Shown: positions 11,303 through 22,532 of the stretch, piece by piece
Layout: each line of letters starts with the position of its first letter
How positions within the stretch are numbered: the stretch's first letter is position 1
From: Minutocellus sp. GHC0000111
Lineage: Eukaryota
Length of the DNA stretch: 64,000 nucleotides
NCBI GenBank assembly: GCA_977018835.1
Contig: OZ361259.1
Coordinates: 2,170,001-2,234,000 of the forward strand
Direction: 5' to 3'
Notes under the pieces: model-generated
Seen by the model: the letters and a program-made list of their open reading frames with translations, nothing else
Told to the model about the DNA's origin: nothing
Database searches by the model: none
Translations under genes and position numbers: made by a program

Positions 11303-11893
11303 GGCAGAGGACGAAACGCTCGTGTGGCACTCAGACGACCTCTCCGTGGTACCCTGCTGCCGTCTCGTCTTGTGCCGTCTTCGATTCACCGCCCTCCTCG
11401 CACAAGCGATGAGGCCTTGGCGAGGGACACTGGACTTAGAGGTCGAGGTGACGCCTGGCTGCATGGTGGACGCCGTTATCTTTCACTTAAGGCCGAGCAA
11501 CGACGACGAAATATTATTGCAACTGCTTCAGCAAATGTTGCAATGTGCTTGGTGCGGTGGATGGTGCGCATGCGGGGTGTGTGGCTGTGCGGTTTTTGCC
11601 CGCATGCCGATAACAAAAGACAGGTTCTCTGGCATTCGACGATGATCTGACGAGCTTTCGCCCTCGACTTTTTGTGTGGCTTTGATGAAGCGGGACCAGT
11701 TTCTGACTCTTTCCTTGTGAAGTATAGAGCATGGAGGGAAACAGCCAAATTTATAGGATTCCCCCTAAAATGGAGGACTCTCGTCACTCTCGGTGCCGGT
11801 GTGGTGGTGTGTGGTGTCGTCCCGTTAAGAGGCTCTGAAGTATAGCTTAAACCTATCTATCGGAATGAAAAGTTAGAACCAAATTCAATACAC

Positions 11894-12213
11894 ATACTCC
11901 TTTGGGGTTGCAAGAGCTGAACGACACAGTCCAAGGAGGTTCAAGCTCTACGAATCTTCCAATTTCGTTGTCTTCGTACTTTCTCAAAATCAACGTCATG
12001 CACAAGACATCAAGGGCAACAATTCTGGAATTCAATTCTGGAATTGTGCCAGGTTCAGGACATCATCCAAACCATGGACCTTCGTCGAGCCCGTTGGATT
12101 GAGAAGCTGTCACACATGGACTTCACCCGATGTCCTCGACTTCTCTTTGGCTGCTGGCTGTACGGTAGAGTGCACCATCGCGACTCGAAGCCGCTAAAAA
12201 TGATTGGACACTC
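11894..12213 (+). mobile_element. Degenerate non-LTR retrotransposon (RTE-like) fragment, region C-terminal to RT
   Basis: Translates as ILLWGCKS*TTQSKEVQALRIFQFRCLRTF/KINVMHKTSRATILE/..CQVQDIIQTMDLRRARWIEKLSHM...PRLLFGCW. This matches the LLxGCESW...FxxRCLR...RRxRW...PR pattern of RTE-type LINE ORFs; it contains a stop and frameshifts. Confidence 0.75.
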
Positions 12214-12490
12214 CCTCTCGCTGCTACTCCTCTTTCGAGGAACGAAGCTTCGCCGATGCGTTTCAGGCTGTCGGTGTGAGAGTGCCCAATCGTCTTGAGC
12301 GGCTTCGAGTCGCGATGGTACACTCTGCCGCCGTATAGCCAACAGCCAAAGAGTAGTCGAGGACATCGGGTGAAATCCATGTACGATAGCTTCTCGATCC
12401 AACGGGCTCGACGAAGGTCCATGGTCTGGTAATGTCCTGAACTTGGCACATCTCCAAGATTCTAGTACTACGAAACATCATCAGCACTTA
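12214..12490 (-). mobile_element. Second fragment of the same LINE family, opposite orientation
   Basis: RILEMCQVQDI/QTMDLRRARWIEKLSYMDFTRCPRLLFGCWLYGGRVYHRDSKPLKTIGHSHTDSLKRIG; inverted repeat of 12046-12213. Confidence 0.75.
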
Positions 12491-12496
12491 CCGGTA

Positions 12497-12697
12497 CAGT
12501 CCATTCTCACCTATATAAGCAATTGGTAATTGCTTAGGTGAGGGCTGAGATTCTGAGCATAGGTCCCTATTGCTTATTCTAAGAGCAAATTGGCACCCCA
12601 TTCGCATGTTATTCCTTATTCCAAAATAAGCAATATTTGCAAATTTGAGACCTCGGGCCCGAGTCTCAATTGCTTCATAATAGGTGAGAACGGACTG
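12497..12697. mobile_element. MITE, Tc1/mariner-pogo-like, 201 bp
   Basis: Left TIR CAGTCCATTCTCACCTA versus reverse-complemented right TIR CAGTCCGTTCTCACCTA (1 mismatch), extending with a small indel to AAGCAATTG. Flanked by TA on both sides (12495-6, 12698-9). Confidence 0.85.
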
Positions 12698-12894
12698 TAC
12701 ATGTTAGAATGTAGTAGATCTAGATCTAGAGATACACATGTAGATCTACTTAGTTAGATCTGCTGGTAGAGTAGAATTTTTATGTTTTAAGGATGTCATG
12801 TAATAGAAATAGAATGTATCGTTCTACATGCACCGGTGGACTCAAAAACGTTAACTGCACCACGAATGAGTTCCTCTCTTTTCCCTCCTCCATG

Positions 12895-15784
12895 TTATTG
12901 CTTCTTCTCCTCTCCTCCGTCGCTGCTACTCATTTCTTCGTCAACAAATTTTTCCGTCCTTTCCATCCGCTGCTGATCCTCGTCGGGAATTACAAATCGC
13001 TTGTCGTTGGCTTTTGGATCCTGTTCTTTATCATTGTCAGAACCAGATAGGTTGGATGAGGCACTTCCAAGGCCCCATGACGCTTTGGAACTTCCACGTC
13101 GATATGTAGACTCATCTACCATAGACTCCACTGCCGTGAGCTTAGATCGAAGACGAAGGACCATGCTCTGGAGTTGGACGGGAGTAAGAGTCATCACATC
13201 TACATTTCGATCTTCATCGTGAATCGACCCCCTCGAGAACATAAAGTCGGTATCATCATCCGGGACGATGGAACCTCCCTCGCTATCCCTCCTTCGGAAG
13301 ACACCACGGAACCGTCTGCCCTTGAGCTCTTTCGGAAGACACTGATAGATGAATACCTCCTCCGATACGCCCTTTAATTCCAATCCACCAACGACGCTTA
13401 TCTTGCAGTCGTTCTTAACTTTTTCAGACAAACGAGTGATGATCTCCGATGATATGAGCGTCTGCCCTCCGAAGCCTAGCGCCTCGATCCGCGCTGCTGC
13501 ATTGACGGCGGGACCATAATAGTCGTATCCCTTGGTAACATCATCGTATTGAATCTGAACTTGGCCCCCTTCTTCGGCGTCCTGCGAGTGTTGGCCGAGA
13601 TGCACTCCAATTCGAACGCGTAGGCCACGGAAGATAGCCCTTGGCATCTTTTCGCGACTGTGGGAGACGGCAAATTCGGTGCATGCCGAAGGCATATCAG
13701 CCAGTCCAATCGGCCATTCGGCCGCGAGAAGATCCGTCTGAATGTCATTTGCAACTTGCACCGCTGCATCGGCACTTCCCAGTGCAATCATGAAGGCATC
13801 CCCGATGGTCTTGACTTCGTAACCTTGGTGGCGATCAATCACTTTGCGAATGACGTTGTGATGGATCTCAAGCGCTTTGGACATGGTGTCCTTGGACGCA
13901 TCCCAGAGTGCTGTGCTGCCCTCAATGTCGGTGAAAACGAGGGCGACAACGCCATCCTTCGGTGCAGTGTTGACGTCTCTCGTCTTGTATTTGATCGTCT
14001 GGTGCTGCTTTACGACCATGTAAATAAGTCCGAGAAGGAGAAGACCCACAACGACAACAACTGGGATAATAATATTGAGTGGAGCCTCGTCACCTTGCTT
14101 GGGAGCGCAGGTGCCCTGCATTTCCTCCCAGGCTGTATAGTTGCCCAGGGTATCAACACCACGCTCTTCGGCAATATCAGGTCGGACCTGACCCTCGGGA
14201 CAAGCCGCACAAGTGTCCGTTGCGGGGTCTTTTGAGGAGTCTTCGGGACAGGAGCACATTGCCATGCTACCATCAATGTCAGAACAACCTGTGATACCTC
14301 CGCACGTAGGTGGGACGACATTCCTCCCCGGAATGATACAGGTGTCGGTTGGGCATTCCTCGCAACGCGCATCAAGACCCATTCCTACGCCGTAGGTACC
14401 CATTGGACAAAGATCGCAGGTCGTACCGTTCCATTGTGTACCCTCTTGGCAGCACTCGGGCACCCGAAGTGCGTCGCACTCGGTCTCGGCAAAGAATACT
14501 TGGACTGTGTTCTCGGCGTGTGTGACCGCGATCAGATCGTCGTCACCATTACCATCCATGTCTCCGTGCGAGACATAATGCCCCTGTACACCGACATAGA
14601 TGGTGTGGTTCTGCCATTCGTTGCCTTGGCCATCTAGATTCTTGTACCATCGAATGTAGCCATCGAAGAATGAGGCTGAGGCAACATCAACGTCTCCATC
14701 GCGATCGAAATCTATGGCGTCTTGCTGAACTTGCCGGTTCCATCATTGCGCCAAAGCGACACGTGGTCGTTACCATTGGAAGCAACGACGAGCTGCAAAG
14801 TGAGATTCAAGAAAATCGATGGGGTAGTTGAAGAGGGTAGAGGAAGATGGATTAGTACCGGTGCTGTTCCAAAATTAAATGAGAGAAAACTTCCAGAAAA
14901 TGCATCGCATATAGATATGTGCATAGTCTCACATCATTGTGACCATCCTGGTCCACGTCAGCGGCAACGAGGGAATATGCGCCAGTAGATTCTTGTCCCT
15001 GCGAAATGATAATTTTGGTGGGGAAGTGCCCGGTTCCGTCGTTGGGATACCACGCCACAGTATCATCATCCTTGCTGGCTGATGCCAGGTCAACCCACCC
15101 ATCCCCATTCAGATCAGATGCCACTACAGTCCTTGCACCAACAGCATTGTCGTCAACCACCTCCTCGATCTCGCAGAAGGTTCCGTTGACGCCAATGTTC
15201 TTGAAGACGGCAATCGTGTTATCGCCCGACGAGGCGGTGGCAATGTCAGGATCGCCATCGTTGTCCAGGTCGGCGACGGTCACTCCCTGACCTTCATTGA
15301 CGGCCGACGAGATCAGATGCTCGGTGAACACACCGGTCCCGTCGTTCTCGAACCACCGGAGGCTGGAATCATAATACGACGCCCCGACGACGTCCTGATC
15401 ACCGTCGCCGTCGATGTCCGCCGCGGTCACGATGCGCGACCCGAGCGACGACCAAGTGATCTTCTTCTTGATGCTGAACTCGGGATGGGGCGACCCGCCG
15501 AGGTTCTTGAACCAGCTCACGGCATTGTCGTTGGATGAGGCGCTGACGATGTCCAGCATGCCATCCCCGTCGAAATCTGCCGCGACGGCGCATCGAGCCC
15601 CCATGGCCTGGTCGGTGACGATTGTTCGGCGGTCGGTGGTAAAAAGTGTATTTGAGTCAGCGCCGGCAGTCTGCTCCTGGGCAAAGACAGAGGCGGGAGC
15701 CAGAAGAGCCACGCCCAGCATCGCCGCCGCCCCCCTACATGCACAAGCCCCTGACATGGCGGTGCGTCTCTTCGCTGATACCAT
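12895..15784 (-). CDS. Receptor-type adenylate cyclase 1: signal peptide, FG-GAP/VCBS repeats, Cys-rich region, one TM, class III cyclase; frameshifted near 14718
   Basis: Signal-like MLGVALLAPASVFA; repeats ADFDGDGMLDIV, ADIDGDGDQDVV, ADLDNDGDPDIA and others. Intron 14793-14932 (GTGAG...CAG). TM IIIPVVVVVGLLLLGLIYMVV; cyclase motifs FTDIEGST, YEVKTIGDAFM, GLRVRIGVH, YDYYGPAVNAAARIE. Confidence 0.9.
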
Positions 15785-16050
15785 GCTAGATTTCCTTGTT
15801 GGCTTTGGTTTTAAGCCCATACCACAAGAGAAAGTTGGGACAGCTCGACAGCTCAGCACTCTGCAACTCTGTCTTTCCGGGGAAATTGTTATGCCCCACC
15901 AAGTGACCTGTCCCTGCTCCGTCAAATATTGATGCAATCTCGAAGCACCGTACGGCTCTCGTCGCCAGAAGGAATACTACTTGGCCGAGTGGACAGCTAC
16001 TGCAAGATAATGCCGGTGGTCCGTGGCAGAGTAGAAGCAAAGTGGGTGTC

Positions 16051-16089
16051 TTATCCCTTGAGCGGTAATTTTATCCCTTGAGCGGTAAT
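16051..16089 (+). repeat. 20-bp-period tandem duplication
   Basis: TTATCCCTTGAGCGGTAAT-T-TTATCCCTTGAGCGGTAAT. Confidence 0.95.
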
Positions 16090-16450
16090 GGTCATTCAAT
16101 CCACACAGTGTTTCTGGGCGGGCAGAAATTTAGGCCAGGAGCGGACGGTGACTTTTGAGGGACATAAATGCTAAGAAAACCTTTCCTTCAATGTTTCGGA
16201 ATGATTCACATCTTAATACTTTTCTACACTTTCAGAAATGTCCTCAGATCTTGTGTCTTTTTATGTTCCCGTTGTTTCATTTCTGGCGTCGGGCCTACGT
16301 AGTACGTAGGCCTAGATCTAGTACCTAGGTACGGCTGATGGCTGCTTATTAATGCTGCCTGGCTGCCACTGGCGCCAAAGGCAGAGAGATGAGAAGCTTG
16401 CAATCACACATGATGCGTAACGTAGCTAATACACTTTAAAGTCAGAAGAG

Positions 16451-17663
16451 ATGACCAAAGCGGTATCAAAGAAGAAGGTGGTACCACTTGACACCGTCGA
16501 TGCAGCAGCTGCCTGCATCGCGGCAATGTCAAATGGTGACTTGTCCACAAAGATTCGGGTCGGTATTTGTGGCCTGCCCAACGTGGGCAAGTCGAGTCTT
16601 TTCAATGCCCTTGCGAGAAGGTCAGGCGGAAAACTATCCGTTCTGTACAATCGAGCCGAACGTTGCCCAGATTGCAATTCCGGATCAATATCTAGATCGT
16701 CTTGCCAAGAGCAGCAAGGCGATACCGGCACACTTGGAGTTCGTCGACGTGGCTGGACTTGTGGCAGGTGCGTCGCGTGGAGAGGGATTGTGGAACAAAT
16801 TTCTAGCCAACATAAGAGAGTGTCATGCCATTGTTCATGTGCTTCGGAACTATGACGATGGACGAGTGGTGCATGTAAACAGTCAGGTAGATCCGATGAA
16901 GGATGCGGAAATTGTCAACACGGAACTCCAGCTAGCTGATTTGGCACATATTGGAAAGAGAATGGAAAGGTCTAATTGTAAAGGTGAAGAAAGAGACGCT
17001 CTCGAATTACTACTCCCCAAGATGAAGGAGGGCATACCAGCGCGAGCCTGTGGCCTTAGCCCTGCAGCCGCCTTCGCCATCAAGTCTCTCGGATTGCTGA
17101 CATTGAAACCAGTACTATATGCATTCAATGTGAGTCGACATGATTTTCGAGATGGTACATTGGAGAGAGCAAAGGAAATGGTCAAAGCAATCCAATTTAG
17201 TGATCCATCGCAAGATTTGTGCGCGGTTGTAAGTGCCAAGATGGAGGCTCGCCTGTCGAAGCTCAACGAGGAAGAGCGATTAGAGCACGTGCAAAAACTT
17301 GGTGTCGATCAATCGCTGATCGCAGATGTGGACCGAAACATGTGTTACAATTCGTTGCCAAAACTCATTAGTGAGTTATTACATCTTGGACTTGTCTACA
17401 CTGGCCCAGGCGTAGCTTCAAGTCGATCGTCGTCTACAAAGGCATACGTTATTCGCCGTACGGGAGCACCGACGGCGATTCAAATGGCAGGAAAGCTGCA
17501 TGGGGACATACAAAAGGGCTTCATAAAGTGTGAGGTGATATCAGCCGAGAAACTTTTGGAGTATCCCACCTACGCTGCGGCCCACTTGGCGGGATGTGTA
17601 TTCATTCACGGGAAAAGTTGTGTCCTACAATGCGATGACATTATCTTAATCAAATACAAGTAA
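16451..17663 (+). CDS. ychF: Obg-like ATPase OLA1/YchF family; frameshifted near 16622
   Basis: GICGLPNVGKSSLFNAL lies in ORF 16451. QAENYPFCTIEPN, FVDVAGLVAGASRGEGL.NKFLANIRE and AGKLHGDIQKGFIKCEV lie in a different frame (ORF 16488). Confidence 0.9.
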
Positions 17664-17788
17664 CCCCCGTTGATTCTTTGGCTGGATGATCCTTTCTACG
17701 TAGTGAATATTTCTACCATACTCTAATACTAGCTGGCTAGCGGCATTCTTTGCTAAATTGTATTTCTACAGGCTATCTAGATCTACTA

Positions 17789-18676
17789 CTATGTACCCAG
17801 CTTCTCTTCAATTGATTTCCATAATATGGAGAAAAGGAAACCTTGCAAGCCATTTGCAAGAATCTTTGTCTCCAAGCCTCGCAATAGTAATCCGCGCAAG
17901 CCGGATTCTCTCGTTACTTTTTGCACCACCTGTGGATAAGACAGCGACAAACCAGATGTCTGTTTGTTCACCTTCACTACCCAAAATAAATTCGCAATTG
18001 TGTCTGATACAACTGACGCCACAAAGCCAATTCCTCCTCGTCTCATCAATTCGCCATGCACTGATTCCCTCTTTTGGATGCGCTCGCACAAAAGATTGTG
18101 CGTGTAAAACCATGGCATGAATCCAACAATCGAAGCGGATGCAGCCGACATACTGCCCTGAAATAACGCGGACATGCCATTTAATTGCACTCTTTCAACT
18201 AGTGGTCGTATACTGCCTTTCACTTGCATCGTTGTCATTGACGTATCAAGTGGCATTAGCACAATTCGGAAGCCCGAGGCAACAATAGTTGCACCACAGG
18301 TTTTGACGCCTACGTGCAAGTGCTCTGTCTCGGGCGAATCATTCAACAAAGTGAGTACAAAGGTATTTGATGCCACATCACCAAAACGACATAACGGTGC
18401 CTGAATCAAGGCAAACGGAAGGCCTCGATAGAGTCGTGCTATGCCCCCTTCTTTGTACAGAACCTTGAACGCACTAACGAACGAGCCACCATTTACATAT
18501 TGATACTTCATTACGCTTCGAATCCACATCAGTGACATGACGTTACTACCCATTGCGATCGCCCCGGCAGTGCCCGATGTTGCAGCTTTCGCGGAAATGT
18601 CAAGAATGCTGAGCCTTCTCTTCAGAGTGCTACTAGTAATGGCGGGACGAGATGCAGGTTTCTCATCTTGTGGCAT
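17789..18676 (-). CDS. Mitochondrial carrier family protein
   Basis: LYKEGGIARLYRGL, MPLDTSMTTMQ, ESGLRGLLLRGL; three carrier repeats, about 295 aa. Confidence 0.85.
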   Translation of the reverse strand: MPQDEKPASRPAITSSTLKRRLSILDISAKAATSGTAGAIAMGSNVMSLMWIRSVMKYQYVNGGSFVSAFKVLYKEGGIARLYRGLPFALIQAPLCRFGDVASNTFVLTLLNDSPETEHLHVGVKTCGATIVASGFRIVLMPLDTSMTTMQVKGSIRPLVERVQLNGMSALFQGSMSAASASIVGFMPWFYTHNLLCERIQKRESVHGELMRRGGIGFVASVVSDTIANLFWVVKVNKQTSGLSLSYPQVVQKVTRESGLRGLLLRGLETKILANGLQGFLFSILWKSIEEKLGT

Positions 18677-19042
18677 CCTCTTTTCTTTGTTACTCACCGC
18701 GGCGATCGGCCTTCTTCATTGAAGTTATTTGAGAACCGAAGATTGACTGACTACTACCGACCATTGGTATTTCGCCTCGACAAGCACGATCTTGTTTCGA
18801 CTTTTCGCGATCTCGCGAAGATTTTTTACGTAGCTTCGTAGCTACGTACGTAGCAAGAGATAGAGTGCTGCTGAAAAGTGCGGGGCATCGGAGAAACATG
18901 ATGTTGCCTCCGATACCAGTTACCAATTAATTGGTAGATTCATATTCACGATTTGCAGATTCTACCTCCCACTTTGATAATGATCCACGTCTATCTAATA
19001 TAATGCCGTATCTACCGGTGCTTAGATAAACATTTCCTCTTG

Positions 19043-21770
19043 TCAATCACCCTTTTTCGCCTCGTCATGGTTGCTGTCGTCTCCCATTGTAATTTCCGAT
19101 GCATTTGTCAAGGTGCTGTTTCCCAGGTAAGCGAACGCATCTTGTGGTCGGCTGACCTTTCCATTTGTTGAATAATCCTTACTTTGGAGCATCTTTTCCA
19201 AGGCGGCCATTTTTGTTCTCAATCTAACAATGGTGCTTTGGAGTTGTACAGGATTGAGGGTCATCACGTCTACAGTTCGATCTTCATCATGGACGCTGTC
19301 CAACAAATGCATTGAATCATCGTCATCAGGAATTATAGAGCCGCCCTCGCTATCCCTTCTTCGGAAGACACCACGGAACCGTCTACCCTTGAGCTGTTTG
19401 GGAAGACACTGATGAATGAATACTTCATGAGATATCCCCTTCAGCTCAAGAGAGCCCACTTGGCTGATTAGACACTCGCCCTTTACTTCTTCCGATAATT
19501 TCTCAAAAATATCCGATGACATGAGCGTCTGGCCTCCGAAGCCCAACTGTTCGATTCGCGCTGCTGCATTGGTGGCAGGACCATAATAGTCGTATCCCTT
19601 GGTAACATCGTCGTATTTGATTTGCACTTGTCCACCTTCTTCAGCGCTATCAGAGTGCTCCCCAACATGAATGCCAATCCTGACCCGTAATCCACGGAAC
19701 ATTGGCTTGGGCTGTGTTTCGCGCGAGTAGTTCGGCAGATATTCAACACAGGCGGAGGGCATACTCGCAAGCTCAACGGGCCACTCGGCTGCAAGAAGAT
19801 CGACCTGAATATCATTGGCAAGACGAACGGCTACGTCGGCAGAAGGACAGGCTACCATAAATGCATCACCGATGGTCTTTACCTCGTATGCGTGATGCTT
19901 ATCAATACATTTTCTGATGACGCTGTGGTGGATTTCAAGAGCCGCTGACATGGTTGACTTGGACGCATCCCAAAGAGCTGTGCTGCCCTCGATATCAGTA
20001 AAGACGAGAGCAACGAGCCCATCCCTTGGGGCGTTGTTGATGTCCCTTGTCTTGTACTTGATGGTGTGGTGCTGCTTCACAACCAGGGCAACGAGGCCAA
20101 AGATTAGAAGGGCGACCACCACAACAACTGGAATGATAATCTCTAGACGAGCGCCTGCTGATGATGGCTCCGTGTAAGGAGCCAAACCTAGGGTCTCCCT
20201 GTACATAGCTCGCTGCTCGTCGAGGCCAAAGTTATCCGTAATTGCAGACCAGCTAGCAGTGATGACATCGGCCGTTTCCTTTGCAGTCTGCTCACCGCTC
20301 CACATCTTGACCAAGTGCGGCATGGTTCCCTCCTCCTGATATATATTTGCGCCCAGAATGCGCAAGTCGAGGACGTAGTTTTCGTGCAGAAAGTTAAAGT
20401 CCGTTACGCCCTTGATCTGTTCAAGCTGCCGCTCTTCCCATCCATATTGCAGAAAAGCTTGAGATGATGGTGATGTAGGATTGGACAAGGATGCTGTGTG
20501 TCTTCTTCGGAGTGGATCGAGGAACGAGCCTGGGTATGCAACGTCCCAGAAGCCCACGGCAGGATCACTGATATAGAAGGTGAAATCTAAGGCTGCCTTT
20601 GCCTTCGCCTCGGATGATCTTGCACTAACTACATAGCTCGCGCCTCCGGAAGCCAGGAATGGAGCGTGACTGGCACCATCATCGCTTACGAAGGGACATT
20701 TGATCAAGGCATTGTCACCATCACAAGCCATACCCGGAAGCGCAGCATAGTTGAGCACCCCCGTCATATTGTTTTTCGCCTGGTTGGAAACAAGGATACG
20801 AGTCGGACCAGGATAGTTGTACCACAGGATGCATCGGCCTGCCTCAAACTCGGCCAAATTGCCTTGCCAACCGAGTGGGCCCTGATCACGAAAGGGAGAG
20901 CTTTGCACGAGTTCATTGTAGACTTCCAACCCATGCAGAAATTCTTCCTCCTTCCATTTGCTAATGGGGTCAAACGAGTCTGGATCAAAGAAGGTACCTT
21001 GTGCGGTTCCCTTGGTCTGGAGGAAAGAGCTGGCAATACTCCAAAACATGGTACCGGCGATGTCATTCTCGGCAGTTGAAAAGCAGTTGGCGAAATCGGC
21101 AACACCGTCCCCATTGATGTCGGCATTTTCGGGTCGGGAGTAGTACTCAATTATTTTCAGAACATCTTCCCATGTTTTCGGAGGGTTGAGACCACGTCCC
21201 TCTACCAGGTCGGACCGATACAGCATAACGATCACATCTCCGTCTAGCGGGACCGTCCAGACGCGTTCGCGGTAGCTGGCCACTCCCTGGCGGACACCGG
21301 GCATGATATCGAACCAATCTAGACCGACGGCATTTCCCACCTCCTCGGTAACATCCAATAGGCCACCCTCCTCCACGAAAGTAGGGATCCAGTTGCCAAA
21401 GATGGCATAGAGATCGATGAAGCCAGCCCCGTTGATGTCCTCTTCGATGTCATCAAACCAAGTGGCCTGAGTCGTCAGGATGGGGTTGATTGTCACCCCG
21501 GTGAGTGCCTCGTAGTTGGCAATCTTGGTTTTCATGTAATCTGCCATCCACTCCAACACTTGGATATTGATGGAAACGCCCTGGTGGGCATTGCGCATGG
21601 ATTCGCGCAGTGGGGTGGAAATTTGCAAAGGGATCCACGACGACGGTTTGTGCCTGAGCTTGAATTCGACTCGAGTAATCGGGCAGTATGAGGGTTGCAG
21701 CGCTCCAGCAGAACAGCAGCCAACGCAAGAGACCGCCGGTCCTGGGAGGGAAGTAGGAGGAGAGCAGCAT
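19043..21770 (-). CDS. Receptor-type adenylate cyclase 2: signal peptide, extracellular solute-binding (ABC sugar SBP-like) domain, one TM, class III cyclase; frameshifted near 21620
   Basis: Signal-like LLRWLLFCWSAATLIL in ORF 21453-21770. SBP-like WIPTFVEEGGLLDVT, VPLDGDVIVMLYRSDLVE..GLNPPKTWED. TM IIIPVVVVVALLIFGLVALVV; FTDIEGST, YEVKTIGDAFM, YDYYGPATNAAARIE. Confidence 0.9.
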
Positions 21771-21840
21771 GCTGCCAGTATAAATCCGTCCGACGTGCAG
21801 TCTATCGAACTTCTACTCTAGACTAGCTACGTAGCTCTAG

Positions 21841-22100
21841 GAGTGCGTTCGGATAAAAATCGGAGGATTTTTCAAGATTTTGCTCGAAAAGTCAGTCGAT
21901 TGAGTCATATTTGGACCCAAATGCTGGCCGAACCATCAAAATTTTTTGGGGCCAGAGCAACTCTCTAAGCCGGTTTATGGACCGATTGACACATAGAAAC
22001 TAGCGTGGCCCCACTTATTTTTGACCGTTCGGCCAGGAAATGGATCTCCGTAAGTAGCAAAAACGGTTTGAAAATCTCTGATTTTTAACTGAACTCACTC
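21841..22100. mobile_element. Foldback/MITE-like element, 260 bp
   Basis: Left GAGTGCGTTCGGATAAAAATCGGAGGATTTTTCAA versus right reverse complement GAGTGAGTTCAGTTAAAAATCAGAGATTTTCAAA. Internal pair CTGGCCGAACCATCAAAATTTTTTGGGGCCA versus reverse complement CTGGCCGAACGGTCAAAAATAAGTGGGGCCA. CTAG on both flanks. Confidence 0.8.
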
Positions 22101-22532
22101 CTAGAGTGGATCAAGACCACCGCTACCGGACCGAACTGGTCGAAAGTGTTTCTTTTGGGGGCAGATGCTACTTATTGAACCTGTGCAATTGATCAGGCAG
22201 CGATGGGCAAGATGCGATCACAAGCAAGGGCAATGGACAACGGTGTGGCGAGAGGGCGGCCCAATGAGTGGGCGACAATGCGACAGAAGTCGGTACGAAC
22301 GGCGGGCAGCAGCAGCTGGCGTTTGCGGCGGGGCAGTTTTGTGCTTTGGTATCTGGTGGTTGCGGTGCGTCCAGTCAATCGTAATCGGCGGCATGTCATC
22401 TCAAGCAAGCATCTATCAACTCCACAGCAGTCGAAATTAGGACAGTCCCTCGTTATCGGCCGCCGTCGTCATCGTCGCGTCTCAAGTCGTCCTCACATCT
22501 CTGACTTGCTCTACTACAAAACATAACAACCC

